Origin: Terriglobia bacterium
Lineage (GTDB): Bacteria; Acidobacteriota; Terriglobia; 20CM-2-55-15
Reading direction: 5' to 3'
DNA length: 64,000 nucleotides
Assembly (NCBI GenBank): GCA_963664115.2
Contig: CAXWPJ010000002.1
Location: forward strand, 32,001 to 96,000
Part shown: positions 29,950-38,274 of the stretch, piece after piece
Numbering within the stretch: the stretch's first letter is position 1
Layout: each line of letters begins with the position of its first letter
Translations under genes and position numbers: made by a program
The notes under the pieces: generated by a model
What the model saw: the letters and a program-made list of their open reading frames with translations, nothing else
Databases searched by the model: none
Told to the model about the DNA's origin: nothing

Positions 29950-30894
29950 CTATTTCAACAAGTGTGTCAGCTGGAGATTCTTCAACAAGCGGTGTATGCA
30001 CTTGGGATGCAGCCCGAGTAAGGCGGCGGCTTCGTTGTAGTCTCCGTCGGCACGGTGGAAAGCGGTCTCGAAGAGGCGGCGCTTCGTCCGGTGGAGGACT
30101 TCGTGGTACGTCCCCATATCACGGTCGGGGGAGCGGGGCGCCTCATCGAACAGATCCTCGGGAAGATCTCCGGGCAACAGGACGTCCGACGCCCCCAGGA
30201 CGATGGCCCGTTCAATCACGTTTTCGAGTTGCCGCACGTTGCCGGGCCAGTCGTATTCGGTCAGGATTGATTCAGCCCTGGATGAGATGCCCTGCACCGC
30301 GCGCCCAAGCTCCCGGCCATGTTTAGAAGCAAAGTGCCACGCCAGCGCCAGGATGTCTTTCCGTCGTTCCCTTAGCGGAGGTGTTCTCACCGTGAGCACC
30401 TTGAGCCGATAGTAGAGGTCCTCGCGAAACTCCCCTGCAGTTACAGCTGTCTTCAGGTCGCGGTTGGTCGCCGCACTGACACGCACGTCCACCGCTATAG
30501 GTTCGACGCCCCCAATCCGGTCGACAGCCCTCTCCTGAAGGGCCCGCAGCAGCTTGGCTTGAAGGGGGAGGCCGAGTTCCCCGATCTCATCCAGAAACAG
30601 GGTGCCTCCGGTGGCCAGCTCGAACTTGCCTTTTTTGGCGCGGACCGCGCCGGTAAACGCGCCGCTTTCATAACCGAATAACTCACTTTCCAGAAGGTTT
30701 TCCGGCAGGGCCGCGCAGTTAACGGCGACCAAACGCCGTCCGGATCGCCTGCTCTGCCGGTGAAGCGACTGGGCGACCAGTTCCTTCCCGGTCCCGCTCT
30801 CGCCCTCGATGAGGACCGTGGAGTTTGTAGGCGCAACCAGGGCGATGAATCGTGCCAGTTCGGCCATCGGGGCGCTGTCGCCGATCATCATCAT
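29950..30894 (-). CDS. Sigma54-dependent activator (AAA+ and HTH only, no sensor domain)
   Basis: [53 protein letters not shown]. Confidence 0.9.
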   Translation of the reverse strand: MMMIGDSAPMAELARFIALVAPTNSTVLIEGESGTGKELVAQSLHRQSRRSGRRLVAVNCAALPENLLESELFGYESGAFTGAVRAKKGKFELATGGTLFLDEIGELGLPLQAKLLRALQERAVDRIGGVEPIAVDVRVSAATNRDLKTAVTAGEFREDLYYRLKVLTVRTPPLRERRKDILALAWHFASKHGRELGRAVQGISSRAESILTEYDWPGNVRQLENVIERAIVLGASDVLLPGDLPEDLFDEAPRSPDRDMGTYHEVLHRTKRRLFETAFHRADGDYNEAAALLGLHPKCIHRLLKNLQLTHLLK

Positions 30895-31472
30895 TTTCTC
30901 TCAGAGAAGGGGTTCTTGTTGTGAATCCAGAACACCAATATTCCAAGCAACAGGACAAACACCGTCGCCCTTGCCAGACCCGGCGGGACCGCAGCCCCTG
31001 GAACCCATGTCAGAAAGAAGAGGATCCCCGCCTGAACTGCGAGCAAGGTGCCCGACAAGACCCGTGCACATGCGTGCCAGGCCGGCGTTTGCCGAAGCCA
31101 GTGGACGGTAACGAGCGCGCCGATTAACAACAAGACAGGTTCCGGATGGGGTCCCGGTGCAGTGTCTGGAGCATTCGGCAGGAGGAACAATGGGATTAAT
31201 GTCGCCGCCAGTATCAAACGAAACCGACGCGATATCAGGGTCTGGGTCTGGAACGAGTCCACAGGAGGCGTCGAGAGCCACACACGGATCCGCTCTGCCA
31301 GGATGAAAGGGATTGTCTGGTATAGATCCCTGAGATATCCGAGCCGGGACACATACTCTTCGCGCATGTCGCCTATGACATGCTCGCGGGAGGCGGGAGG
31401 CAGCGTGCGCCGGACAATCGCTTCAATGAATCGGGGCGGCCGTGGGCTTATCTTGCCGGATTGGGTTTCCAT
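30891..31472 (-). CDS. Membrane protein with permease-prefix-like N-terminus
   Basis: PPRFIEAIVRRTLPPASREHVIGDMREEY then about four TM segments; GGGAG before METQSG; ATGA overlap with the activator. Confidence 0.65.
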   Translation of the reverse strand: METQSGKISPRPPRFIEAIVRRTLPPASREHVIGDMREEYVSRLGYLRDLYQTIPFILAERIRVWLSTPPVDSFQTQTLISRRFRLILAATLIPLFLLPNAPDTAPGPHPEPVLLLIGALVTVHWLRQTPAWHACARVLSGTLLAVQAGILFFLTWVPGAAVPPGLARATVFVLLLGILVFWIHNKNPFSERK

Positions 31473-31816
31473 TTTCTGGATCTCCCATTGCCGGGTATCC
31501 ATGCCCGAACCGCGTCGTAAACGCGCTTGGCGGTTTCCGCTGACTCTTTCAACGCACGTTCGCCCAGGGGTTCCAGGCGGAAATAACGCTTGGACTTCCC
31601 GCCGCGCTCCGGAGTCGGGTCGGCGAGCCACGACCGAACATAGCCCTTTTCTTCCAGCCGCATCAGTGTGACCGACACCGGTCCCCGTTTGACCGGCTTA
31701 CCGGCGAGGTCTGTGACGGTGTGCTGAATCGGTACCGTGTAGGCCTCTTCGCCCAGGGTCACGATGGCCGTGAGAACGAGCTGTTCAAACTGTCCAAGTG
31801 TATCCTTTGTCGTCAT
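31448..31816 (-). CDS. PadR family transcriptional regulator
   Basis: LGQFEQLVLTAI, L.RLEEKGYVRS...PTPERGGKSKRYF. Confidence 0.9.
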   Translation of the reverse strand: MTTKDTLGQFEQLVLTAIVTLGEEAYTVPIQHTVTDLAGKPVKRGPVSVTLMRLEEKGYVRSWLADPTPERGGKSKRYFRLEPLGERALKESAETAKRVYDAVRAWIPGNGRSRKWKPNPAR

Positions 31817-31821
31817 TATCG

Positions 31822-31853
31822 CTACATTGTAGTTAAATGGCTTTGGGCGTCAA
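31822..31853 (-). promoter_or_regulatory. padR promoter with overlapping palindrome
   Basis: TTGACG, 16 bp, TACAAT on the minus strand; CTACA-T-TGTAG palindrome over the -10. Confidence 0.6.
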
Positions 31854-31945
31854 CCTTTTTTTCGCCCAAACGGGTAGCCTGATGGTTACCCCAGTAGCCG
31901 GAAAGCTACTGGAACAATTCCTTCCAGCTCCGCTTTCACACACCC

Positions 31946-31978
31946 TATCAATACCTTAGTGAATGGCGCATCGCATGC
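31946..31978 (+). promoter_or_regulatory. IHF site plus sigma54 (-24/-12) promoter
   Basis: TATCAATACCTTA matches WATCAANNNNTTR; TGGCGCATCGCATGC has GG-N10-GC. Confidence 0.6.
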
Positions 31979-32008
31979 CTTAAGCGGTCGTTGAAAGGAG
32001 GTCACGCT

Positions 32009-32137
32009 ATGCGGAAATACAGCAGAAGCGCCAAGACCGGGAGGTTCGTGACGGCGACGTACGCCAAGAAACATCCAGCTACGACCGTCACGGAAACCGG
32101 GAAGACATCCAGTAAGAAACAGAAGAAGCGTCCCTGA
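32009..32137 (+). CDS. Small basic protein, 42 aa (not in the ORF track)
   Basis: RBS AAGGAGG; MRKYSRSAKTGRFVTATYAKKHPATTVTETGKTSSKKQKKRP. Confidence 0.75.
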   Translation: MRKYSRSAKTGRFVTATYAKKHPATTVTETGKTSSKKQKKRP

Positions 32138-32138
32138 C

Positions 32139-32364
32139 CGAGGGCGGCCCAACGGCGAGCCGATTGTATCGGACGTTTGGGGGCCATACGCAGTGTGCGG
32201 TCGTCATCCACGGCTGTTCACGCGTCGCCGACAACGGTTTCACCGTTGTACGCAACGTTTCAAGTTGATACGCAGCGTCTGTTCGTTCGTACGCACTGTG
32301 CGCTCGCCGGAAACAGTCACGCACCGGTCGTGGACAAACAATAACGATCGAAAACAATGGAGAA
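32139..32364 (+). repeat. Array of about 11 degenerate 12-bp motifs at 20-21 bp period
   Basis: Units of the form CG..N..CA, with CA/CG at 32150, 32170, 32191, 32211, 32232, 32253, 32273, 32294, 32314, 32335, 32355. Confidence 0.7.
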
Positions 32365-32371
32365 TTGAAAA

Positions 32372-33061
32372 ATGACAGGTTTTAACAAACGTATTTACGA
32401 AATGCTGACGCGGGTCCTGGTGTTCTCGAAGACCTACCCGCATTTGTTCGCCGGTGCCTCGCGATCCGCAGGGTTAATCGACGAGATTGCCGCCGCTGGC
32501 GGGAAGCTGTCGGCGGAGGGGATCTCGAAGGCTTCGGGCAAGCGCGACGCGAAGGCGTTGTCGCGCGCCCGGGCTGAGGCGCGGAAAAACTTGCGCGACC
32601 AACTTGTGTCGATCAGCCGCACGGCTAAAGGCCTGAGGTTGAGTCAATTCTGGATGCCTCGCGACTCGAGCGACCGCGCCCTCATCGAGTTCGGTCACAT
32701 TTTCTCGAAGAATGCCCAGCCCTTAAGTGAGGTGTTCGTAGAGAGCCATCTGGCACCGGATTTCATCGAGAAGCTGGACGCCGCCGTTCAGAATCTCGAT
32801 GGAAGAATCCGGGACCAGGTCGTGGTCAAGGCGGCCCGGATCTCTGCCACGGCTGCCGCTCGCGAGGCACGCAACGAGGCGTTTGCCGCACTCCAGTCGC
32901 TGGATCCCTTAATGGAGAACCTGTTGCAGGACGACTCACAGACGCTGGCGGTCTGGCAGAACGCGCGGCGGGTGGAACGCTCCGCATCCCGGAAACCCGC
33001 TGAGAGCGAGCCGCAGGCGGAGCCGGATGTGGAGGTAACCAGCACGGACGCGGCCGCCTAG
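32372..33061 (+). CDS. Hypothetical predicted all-alpha protein, 229 aa
   Basis: Intact ORF with GGAG RBS; amphipathic helical pattern; no catalytic motif recognised. Confidence 0.8.
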   Translation: MTGFNKRIYEMLTRVLVFSKTYPHLFAGASRSAGLIDEIAAAGGKLSAEGISKASGKRDAKALSRARAEARKNLRDQLVSISRTAKGLRLSQFWMPRDSSDRALIEFGHIFSKNAQPLSEVFVESHLAPDFIEKLDAAVQNLDGRIRDQVVVKAARISATAAAREARNEAFAALQSLDPLMENLLQDDSQTLAVWQNARRVERSASRKPAESEPQAEPDVEVTSTDAAA

Positions 33062-33095
33062 AGGTGCCGTGTCGGGACGGGGTGGAGTCTGAAAC

Positions 33096-33293
33096 TGCAG
33101 TATGACGATTCCACCCCGCGTTTGATGCGAATCGGACTGTTTTCGATAGAGAAACGTTGTTTTTGATGGTGGAAGCGTGTGGATGAACGGAAGCAAGTTA
33201 ATTTTGACGTGGGTGGGTTCGTATCCGGCGAAAAAACATTGTTTCTGATGGTGTGACAATGCGTATGAAGGCACAACGGCCTGAGGTTGCCAG
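33096..33293 (-). repeat. Inverted array of about 10 copies of the same motif at 20-22 bp period
   Basis: Units start at 33096, 33117, 33138, 33158, 33178, 33198, 33219, 33240, 33260, 33282; reverse complements include CTATCGAAAACA, CGTTCATCCACA, CCTTCATACGCA. Confidence 0.7.
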
Positions 33294-33511
33294 GAAAACA
33301 CTATTGAGGGTGAAGTAGCGACAAGCGGTCAGGCGCTTTGCCGTTTCTCCCGTGTCCAATCTCCTGCCGGCACTTTCTCTCTCATTCGATCCTCCTTCAG
33401 ATCATTCCGATCAGAAAAGTGCCGCTCAGTTTTTGAGCGGATTCTGTCCGAAATCCTCTGACGGGCTACAGACCGGAACATTACGTTTCCACTAAGTATA
33501 CGCAGGACAAA

Positions 33512-33598
33512 CGGAGAGGGTGGGATTCGAACCCACGGTGGAGTTACCCCCACACCGGTTTTCGAGACCGGCCTATTCAACCGCTCTAGCACCTCTCC
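33512..33598 (-). tRNA. tRNA-Ser(CGA)
   Basis: GGAGAGG acceptor, CCGGT-CTCGAAA-ACCGG anticodon arm, long variable arm, GTTCGAATCC; CCA not encoded. Confidence 0.97.
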
Positions 33599-33617
33599 GA
33601 AGTTGATTCTAAACTAC

Positions 33618-33812
33618 TTATCGAAGCCGACTGCTTTCGCCATTTCCTCCAATGGGGAGAATTGCGGGGGCTCGGAATGATGTCCCCAGCGTTGGTAACT
33701 TTGCCACAGCGGCCCTCTTGTAGTCCAGCGGCAGGTGGGCGTAGCGCTCGGACATCCCGGCAGTCTTGTAGCCCATCAGCTCCATCCGACCCTTTTCGAC
33801 GACGCCGGACAT
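33618..33812 (-). pseudogene. C-terminal remnant of a tyrosine integrase
   Basis: MELMGYKTAGMSERYAHL resembles box II LMGH...MT.RYAH; abuts the tRNA. Confidence 0.7.
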
Positions 33813-33903
33813 GGCCAGGCAGCTTCCGATTTCCCAGTATTGTTCATCTAATTCCGGCCCCTAAAGATTTGACGTTATTTCGTCTATTTTGTACACTTTG
33901 TTC

Positions 33904-34164
33904 ATGTCGTACACAGTACGCATCGACCGGGCAGCGGAGAAGGAAATCCGAAAACTGGACAGTAAGATCCGGACACGGATACTGGACGCGCTGCGCGACC
34001 TCGCAGCTGACCCACTGAGATTAGGTGTAAAGAAACTGACCCACTCGGACGAGTACTACCGTTACCGGGTCGGCGACCACCGAGTCCTCTTCACTATCAA
34101 TGGTAAGCAGTTGGTTGTTCGGGTGGTTGGAGTCCGGCATCGCAGTAAGGCCTACAAGGGCTGA
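33904..34164 (+). CDS. relE: RelE/ParE family toxin
   Basis: YTVRI...AEKEIRKLD, GVKKL, YRYRVGDHRVLF, VGVRHRSKAYK; TTGACG-17-TACACT promoter directly upstream. Confidence 0.9.
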   Translation: MSYTVRIDRAAEKEIRKLDSKIRTRILDALRDLAADPLRLGVKKLTHSDEYYRYRVGDHRVLFTINGKQLVVRVVGVRHRSKAYKG

Positions 34165-34219
34165 GTTTACTGCAATGCGGGCTCCTGGTGCGCGTGGCGA
34201 TTAAAGGAGCTGAACTGGC

Positions 34220-34540
34220 ATGACAACACCTGAGATTACGAGGATCAGTACATCTAATGCCCGCGGCAATCTAGCGCTGGTCATAGATTCTATAAGAATG
34301 GACGATGAACGAATCATTCTCACACAGCATGGGAGGGATGTTGCGGCACTCATTCCCGTCGAAGATCTGACGCTACTGGAAGAACTCGAGGATCGAGCCG
34401 ACGTCGCGGAGATCCGTCGGCGAATTAAAGCGTCGAGCGGATCAATAACGCTGAATCAACTCGAGAAGGGACTAGGGGGAAAAGAGAAGAAACCCAAACT
34501 GGCACGGCGGTCACGACCGACTAAGATCGCCGCAAAGTGA
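34220..34540 (+). CDS. Phd/YefM family antitoxin
   Basis: ISTSNARGNLA.VID, IILTQHGRDVAALIPVEDL..LEELED; RBS AAGGAG. Confidence 0.85.
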   Translation: MTTPEITRISTSNARGNLALVIDSIRMDDERIILTQHGRDVAALIPVEDLTLLEELEDRADVAEIRRRIKASSGSITLNQLEKGLGGKEKKPKLARRSRPTKIAAK

Positions 34541-34746
34541 CACGATCAAGCTGCGGGCTACGGAGCTTCCAGCGTCCCACTGACCACCTGCTTCGGCGAC
34601 CCCGTACTTGGCCGGGAAGGAATCCCCCAAGATGAAACTCCCGGCCGGGAAACCGGTTTGGCCTTCCCCCAACAGGCGATCCTTCTCAGCAGGGTTGCCT
34701 TCAACCGTCATTCAACAGCGGTATCGCAGGCCCAACGAAATTTGGG

Positions 34747-36441
34747 TTATAGACCCGCGATGCCCCCTGCCTCTACGCTCGCGACGGCGGGACGCAGTTC
34801 CTGTTCGATTTGGATGTTGTTCCGCTCCAGCGTGCGGCCGATGGCCCGATCGTAATTGACGATGGCCTTGGCGTAGTCCACCAACGCGCGGATTTCATTG
34901 GTTTGCGCTTGCGTCACGTTTTGCTGTTCGTCCAGGACGAAGCGAATCGCGGAGGCGCCCAGCATGAACTTTCGCTGTTCCGCATCCAGGCGCCGTTCGG
35001 CAAGTTCCCGGGCGATCTGGGCCGCATCAATACGCGCTCGGTTCATTTCGATCTGGTTAAACGCGTCCCTTACCTGGGTGGCGATCGCCTGTGCGGTGGC
35101 TGCGATGAGGGACTCGGTCTCTCTTTTCTGAACGGTCAGTCGCGCGACGTTGGCCTGTGCGGACTTGTTGCTGAGGGGGATCTCGAGAGAAAAGCCGACC
35201 GAGTAACCCGTAAAGTTGAATCCGAAAATATCGGAAAATGCCCCGCCAATGCCGCCGGGGATCTGTGTCACCGTGGCGCCACCAATTCCTGAACGGATGA
35301 AGGTGTTACCGCCGACGCCCGACTGAGTATAGGAGGCCGAGATGTCCAGTGACGGGAGCAGGGAGTTCTGGGCGAAGGCCAGGTTGACGTCGTTGTTCCG
35401 GATATCCAGTTCTGCCTGACGTATCTCTGGCCGGTTCAGCATAGCCAACGCAATCGCATTCGCAATGGGGACAATCTCATCGGTCCGGTTGCGGACGTCC
35501 TCAACCGGGTTCAGTGAAAGCAGAACGAGAGCCGGGTCCGGAACACGGCTGACCACGCGCTTGATGCTGTCTTCGATTCGGGTCCGGTTGTATCCGGCGA
35601 CCACGAGACTTTCGCGTCGTGTTGCGACGGCCGACTCTGCCTGCACGACCTCGATCGGTGCGAGCGTGCCGATTTCGACCTGCATTCTGTTGTCTCTCAG
35701 GGTCCGGTTCGCCAAATCCAGCGATGCCTGCTGCACACGGATGTCTTCCCGCGCGAATACGAGATCCCAGTAAAGGTTCGTTGTTTGGGCGACCAGGTCC
35801 ATCACCTGCTGCTCGAACTGGATTTCCGATATCTCGACGTTGTTCCGGGCGATCGTGATCTGGCTCGTATTGATCGCCCTTCCGAAGTTGCGGAGAAGTG
35901 GTTGGGTGAACTGATAGGTCACCTGCCCGTTGTATGCCGGGTTGACCGTGCTGAATTCGCTGTTGGTCGACAGGCGGTTCATCGCGAAGCGAACCTGATA
36001 GGACGAACCGTATTCAAGCAGGTGGTTGAAAGTGACGCCGTAGTTACCCGTGAGCCGCGTGTTCGTGAGGGCGCCGTCCAGCTGCGTCGACGATGCCGAG
36101 GTGTTCCGGTTCACCGTTCCCGAAAAAGTCAGCGTCGGATCGAAGCGCTGGTACGCCGCGGAGATCGCATACTCGGATATCGAAGGCGCAAAGCGATTTA
36201 CACCGATGTCCAGATTGTTCTCCAGCGCCATTCGAATCACGTCGTTTATGCGCAAGGGAACGCTGCCATCCTGAGCCAGTGCCATCAAGGACGCGGGAGG
36301 AACGCGGGATGTTTCGAGCGCCGTCAGACCCACCTGGGGGGGGCGATAGCGATCGAGGAAATCGCTCACCATGTTTTGTGCCTGGGCCGGAACCGCCCCA
36401 AGCAAGCCCCAAAGAGCCACGAATACCAAGTACTTCCTCAT
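34747..36441 (-). CDS. TolC family outer-membrane efflux protein
   Basis: Signal peptide, ALENNLDI, FTQPLLRNFG, YWDLV, NRPEI, LLPSLD. Confidence 0.9.
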   Translation of the reverse strand: MRKYLVFVALWGLLGAVPAQAQNMVSDFLDRYRPPQVGLTALETSRVPPASLMALAQDGSVPLRINDVIRMALENNLDIGVNRFAPSISEYAISAAYQRFDPTLTFSGTVNRNTSASSTQLDGALTNTRLTGNYGVTFNHLLEYGSSYQVRFAMNRLSTNSEFSTVNPAYNGQVTYQFTQPLLRNFGRAINTSQITIARNNVEISEIQFEQQVMDLVAQTTNLYWDLVFAREDIRVQQASLDLANRTLRDNRMQVEIGTLAPIEVVQAESAVATRRESLVVAGYNRTRIEDSIKRVVSRVPDPALVLLSLNPVEDVRNRTDEIVPIANAIALAMLNRPEIRQAELDIRNNDVNLAFAQNSLLPSLDISASYTQSGVGGNTFIRSGIGGATVTQIPGGIGGAFSDIFGFNFTGYSVGFSLEIPLSNKSAQANVARLTVQKRETESLIAATAQAIATQVRDAFNQIEMNRARIDAAQIARELAERRLDAEQRKFMLGASAIRFVLDEQQNVTQAQTNEIRALVDYAKAIVNYDRAIGRTLERNNIQIEQELRPAVASVEAGGIAGL

Positions 36442-36688
36442 TGAGATCCTCCTGATAGAAAAACTTCGATCCTGGAACGCGGTCCCTCGAATCGGTTGAA
36501 CGGGTTCAACCTTATTATTTACGCTTTCTGAACATAAATCGTTACGTTTGAACAGTGCTCTACTGGGTAAGTTTACAGCGTTTTAACATGAATTCCATCA
36601 GAGCCCGAAGCCATCGTATGGCCTGATATCGTCGCTGCGCCACGGTGGAGACTTAGACGCGATCAGAGCGAAATGGCGGCGTACTCAA

Positions 36689-37168
36689 TCAAGAACGGAA
36701 GATTTCGCGTCGTTGTTCAAAAAAACTGCGCAGCAGTTGCCTGGATTCGGCTTCGCTGATGCCGGAAGTGACTTTGATTTGGTGATTCAGGCGCGGATCT
36801 GCGGGGACGTCATAAAGAGAGCCTGCGGCTCCCGACTTGGGATCCGTACAGGCATAGACCAGTCGATCGATGCGCGCGTGGTTCATTGCCCCGGCGCACA
36901 TAAGGCAGGGCTCCAGCGTGGAGTACAGCGTGCATCCCGTGAGACGGTAATTGCCCCGAGCTGCGGACGCTTCCCGAAGGGCCCGGATCTCGGCATGGGC
37001 CGTCGCATCATGCGTGCGTATCGACGCATTGGTCCCGCTACCGACGACCTTCCCCTCAAAGACGACTACAGCCCCGACCGGGATTTCGCCTATCTGTCCG
37101 GCCTCCCGGGCCAGTGCGATCGCGAGATCCATGAAATGGACATCATCAGTCTGATCGTCTTGTTCCAT
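36689..37168 (-). CDS. tadA: tRNA adenosine(34) deaminase
   Basis: EIPVGAV, TAHAE, NYRL, TLEPCLMCAGA, DPKSGA, LNH. Confidence 0.95.
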   Translation of the reverse strand: MEQDDQTDDVHFMDLAIALAREAGQIGEIPVGAVVVFEGKVVGSGTNASIRTHDATAHAEIRALREASAARGNYRLTGCTLYSTLEPCLMCAGAMNHARIDRLVYACTDPKSGAAGSLYDVPADPRLNHQIKVTSGISEAESRQLLRSFFEQRREIFRS

Positions 37169-37200
37169 TGTGCTGGCCCTGGGCTGCTAAACTGTAAGCA

Positions 37201-38166
37201 ATGTTTCGCTTCTCAGCTCTAAGCGCTTTAAGCATATCAGTGCTGATGGGTCTGCCGACGCTCGCCATCGGGCAGGGAGTCCGCATGTCTCCCGACTTCC
37301 TGCCGCTGGATGTCGGAAACCGATGGGAATACGAAATTGTGGATCCCGAGGGGCGGACGCTCGATACCTTCGACATGGAAGTCAGCACCTACACGATTGT
37401 CGAAGGAACCAGTTACTACGTGTTCTCGAGTTTTCCATTCGTTGGAACGGGTGATCCCGTGGGCGTTCGCTACGATCGCGACCTGCGTCAGTACCTGCGC
37501 TTCGACGGAGAGCTGGAGGGTGATTTGTTTCCGGTGAGTCGTGTTTCGGTCGAAGTCATCGAAACCGACGCCAACGATTTGCCTCTCAAGGCACGCTTCG
37601 ATTTTGGAGACATCGTCATGGTTCTGGAGCGGAGCGTGGGCATCGTCGAGGGCGAATTCAATGGGGAAACGGGCACTCAAATCGTGAAGCTGGTGAGCGC
37701 GTTGATCGGAAACGAGGCGGTTGTGGGTGAGCCCGAGGTGCGGGCTCCGGGACCACGGATTCCAACAGCAGAGCCTACCGAAAACGTGGGCGAGGTTTCT
37801 GACTCCAGTTTGAGTACGCAGCTCGACGTCGTCGCGGAAGACGACGAACATCAATTCGTCTTCCGGGTGCAGAACATTTCGGAGCGCTTGCTTGCCTTTG
37901 ATTTCAATTCCAGCCAGAACTTTGATTTCGTAGTGATCGATCCCCGCCGGGGGGATGAGGTCTGGAGATGGTCCGAGAGCCGTATCTTTTCCGATGTGGT
38001 CCGTAGCGAGGGGCTTCAAGCAGGTTTAGAATGGAGGTTTGAAGCGGCCTGGAACCATCGCGACAAGGAAAGGAATGAAGTTATTCCGGGTGTCTATGAG
38101 GTCGTCGCAACCCTGGTTGCGGAGTCTCCGATTGAGTCCGAGCCCATCCAGATTGAAGTTAGGTGA
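37201..38166 (+). CDS. Secreted protein with C-terminal BsuPI-like domain
   Basis: Signal peptide; FLPLDVGNRWEY; F.SSQNFDFVV...EVWRWS..R.F. Confidence 0.65.
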   Translation: MFRFSALSALSISVLMGLPTLAIGQGVRMSPDFLPLDVGNRWEYEIVDPEGRTLDTFDMEVSTYTIVEGTSYYVFSSFPFVGTGDPVGVRYDRDLRQYLRFDGELEGDLFPVSRVSVEVIETDANDLPLKARFDFGDIVMVLERSVGIVEGEFNGETGTQIVKLVSALIGNEAVVGEPEVRAPGPRIPTAEPTENVGEVSDSSLSTQLDVVAEDDEHQFVFRVQNISERLLAFDFNSSQNFDFVVIDPRRGDEVWRWSESRIFSDVVRSEGLQAGLEWRFEAAWNHRDKERNEVIPGVYEVVATLVAESPIESEPIQIEVR

Positions 38167-38274
38167 CCCAGTCTTATGTCCGATGACCTGTCCCCTGGAT
38201 GTTCAGAAATCGGGGAATTGAGTAGTCTGACCCCATGTTTCCGCAGATAATCGGGACAACCTAATACGAGGAGA

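Noticed and set aside
5116-31631. Extended N-termini in the ORF track (starts at 5116, 8428, 9272, 12147, 19840, 31631)
   Set aside because: They overlap neighbouring genes or lack an RBS; downstream starts with RBS, signal peptides or ATGA coupling are better supported.
32139-33293. CRISPR or guide-RNA array interpretation of the periodic flanks
   Set aside because: Units are only 20-21 bp, the motif is degenerate, spacers are 8-10 bp, and no cas or Nop-domain gene is present.
32139-33293. The two arrays forming one long RNA duplex around the ORF
   Set aside because: The best-matching motif pairs are not in nested register and the spacers are not complementary; repeated binding sites fit better.
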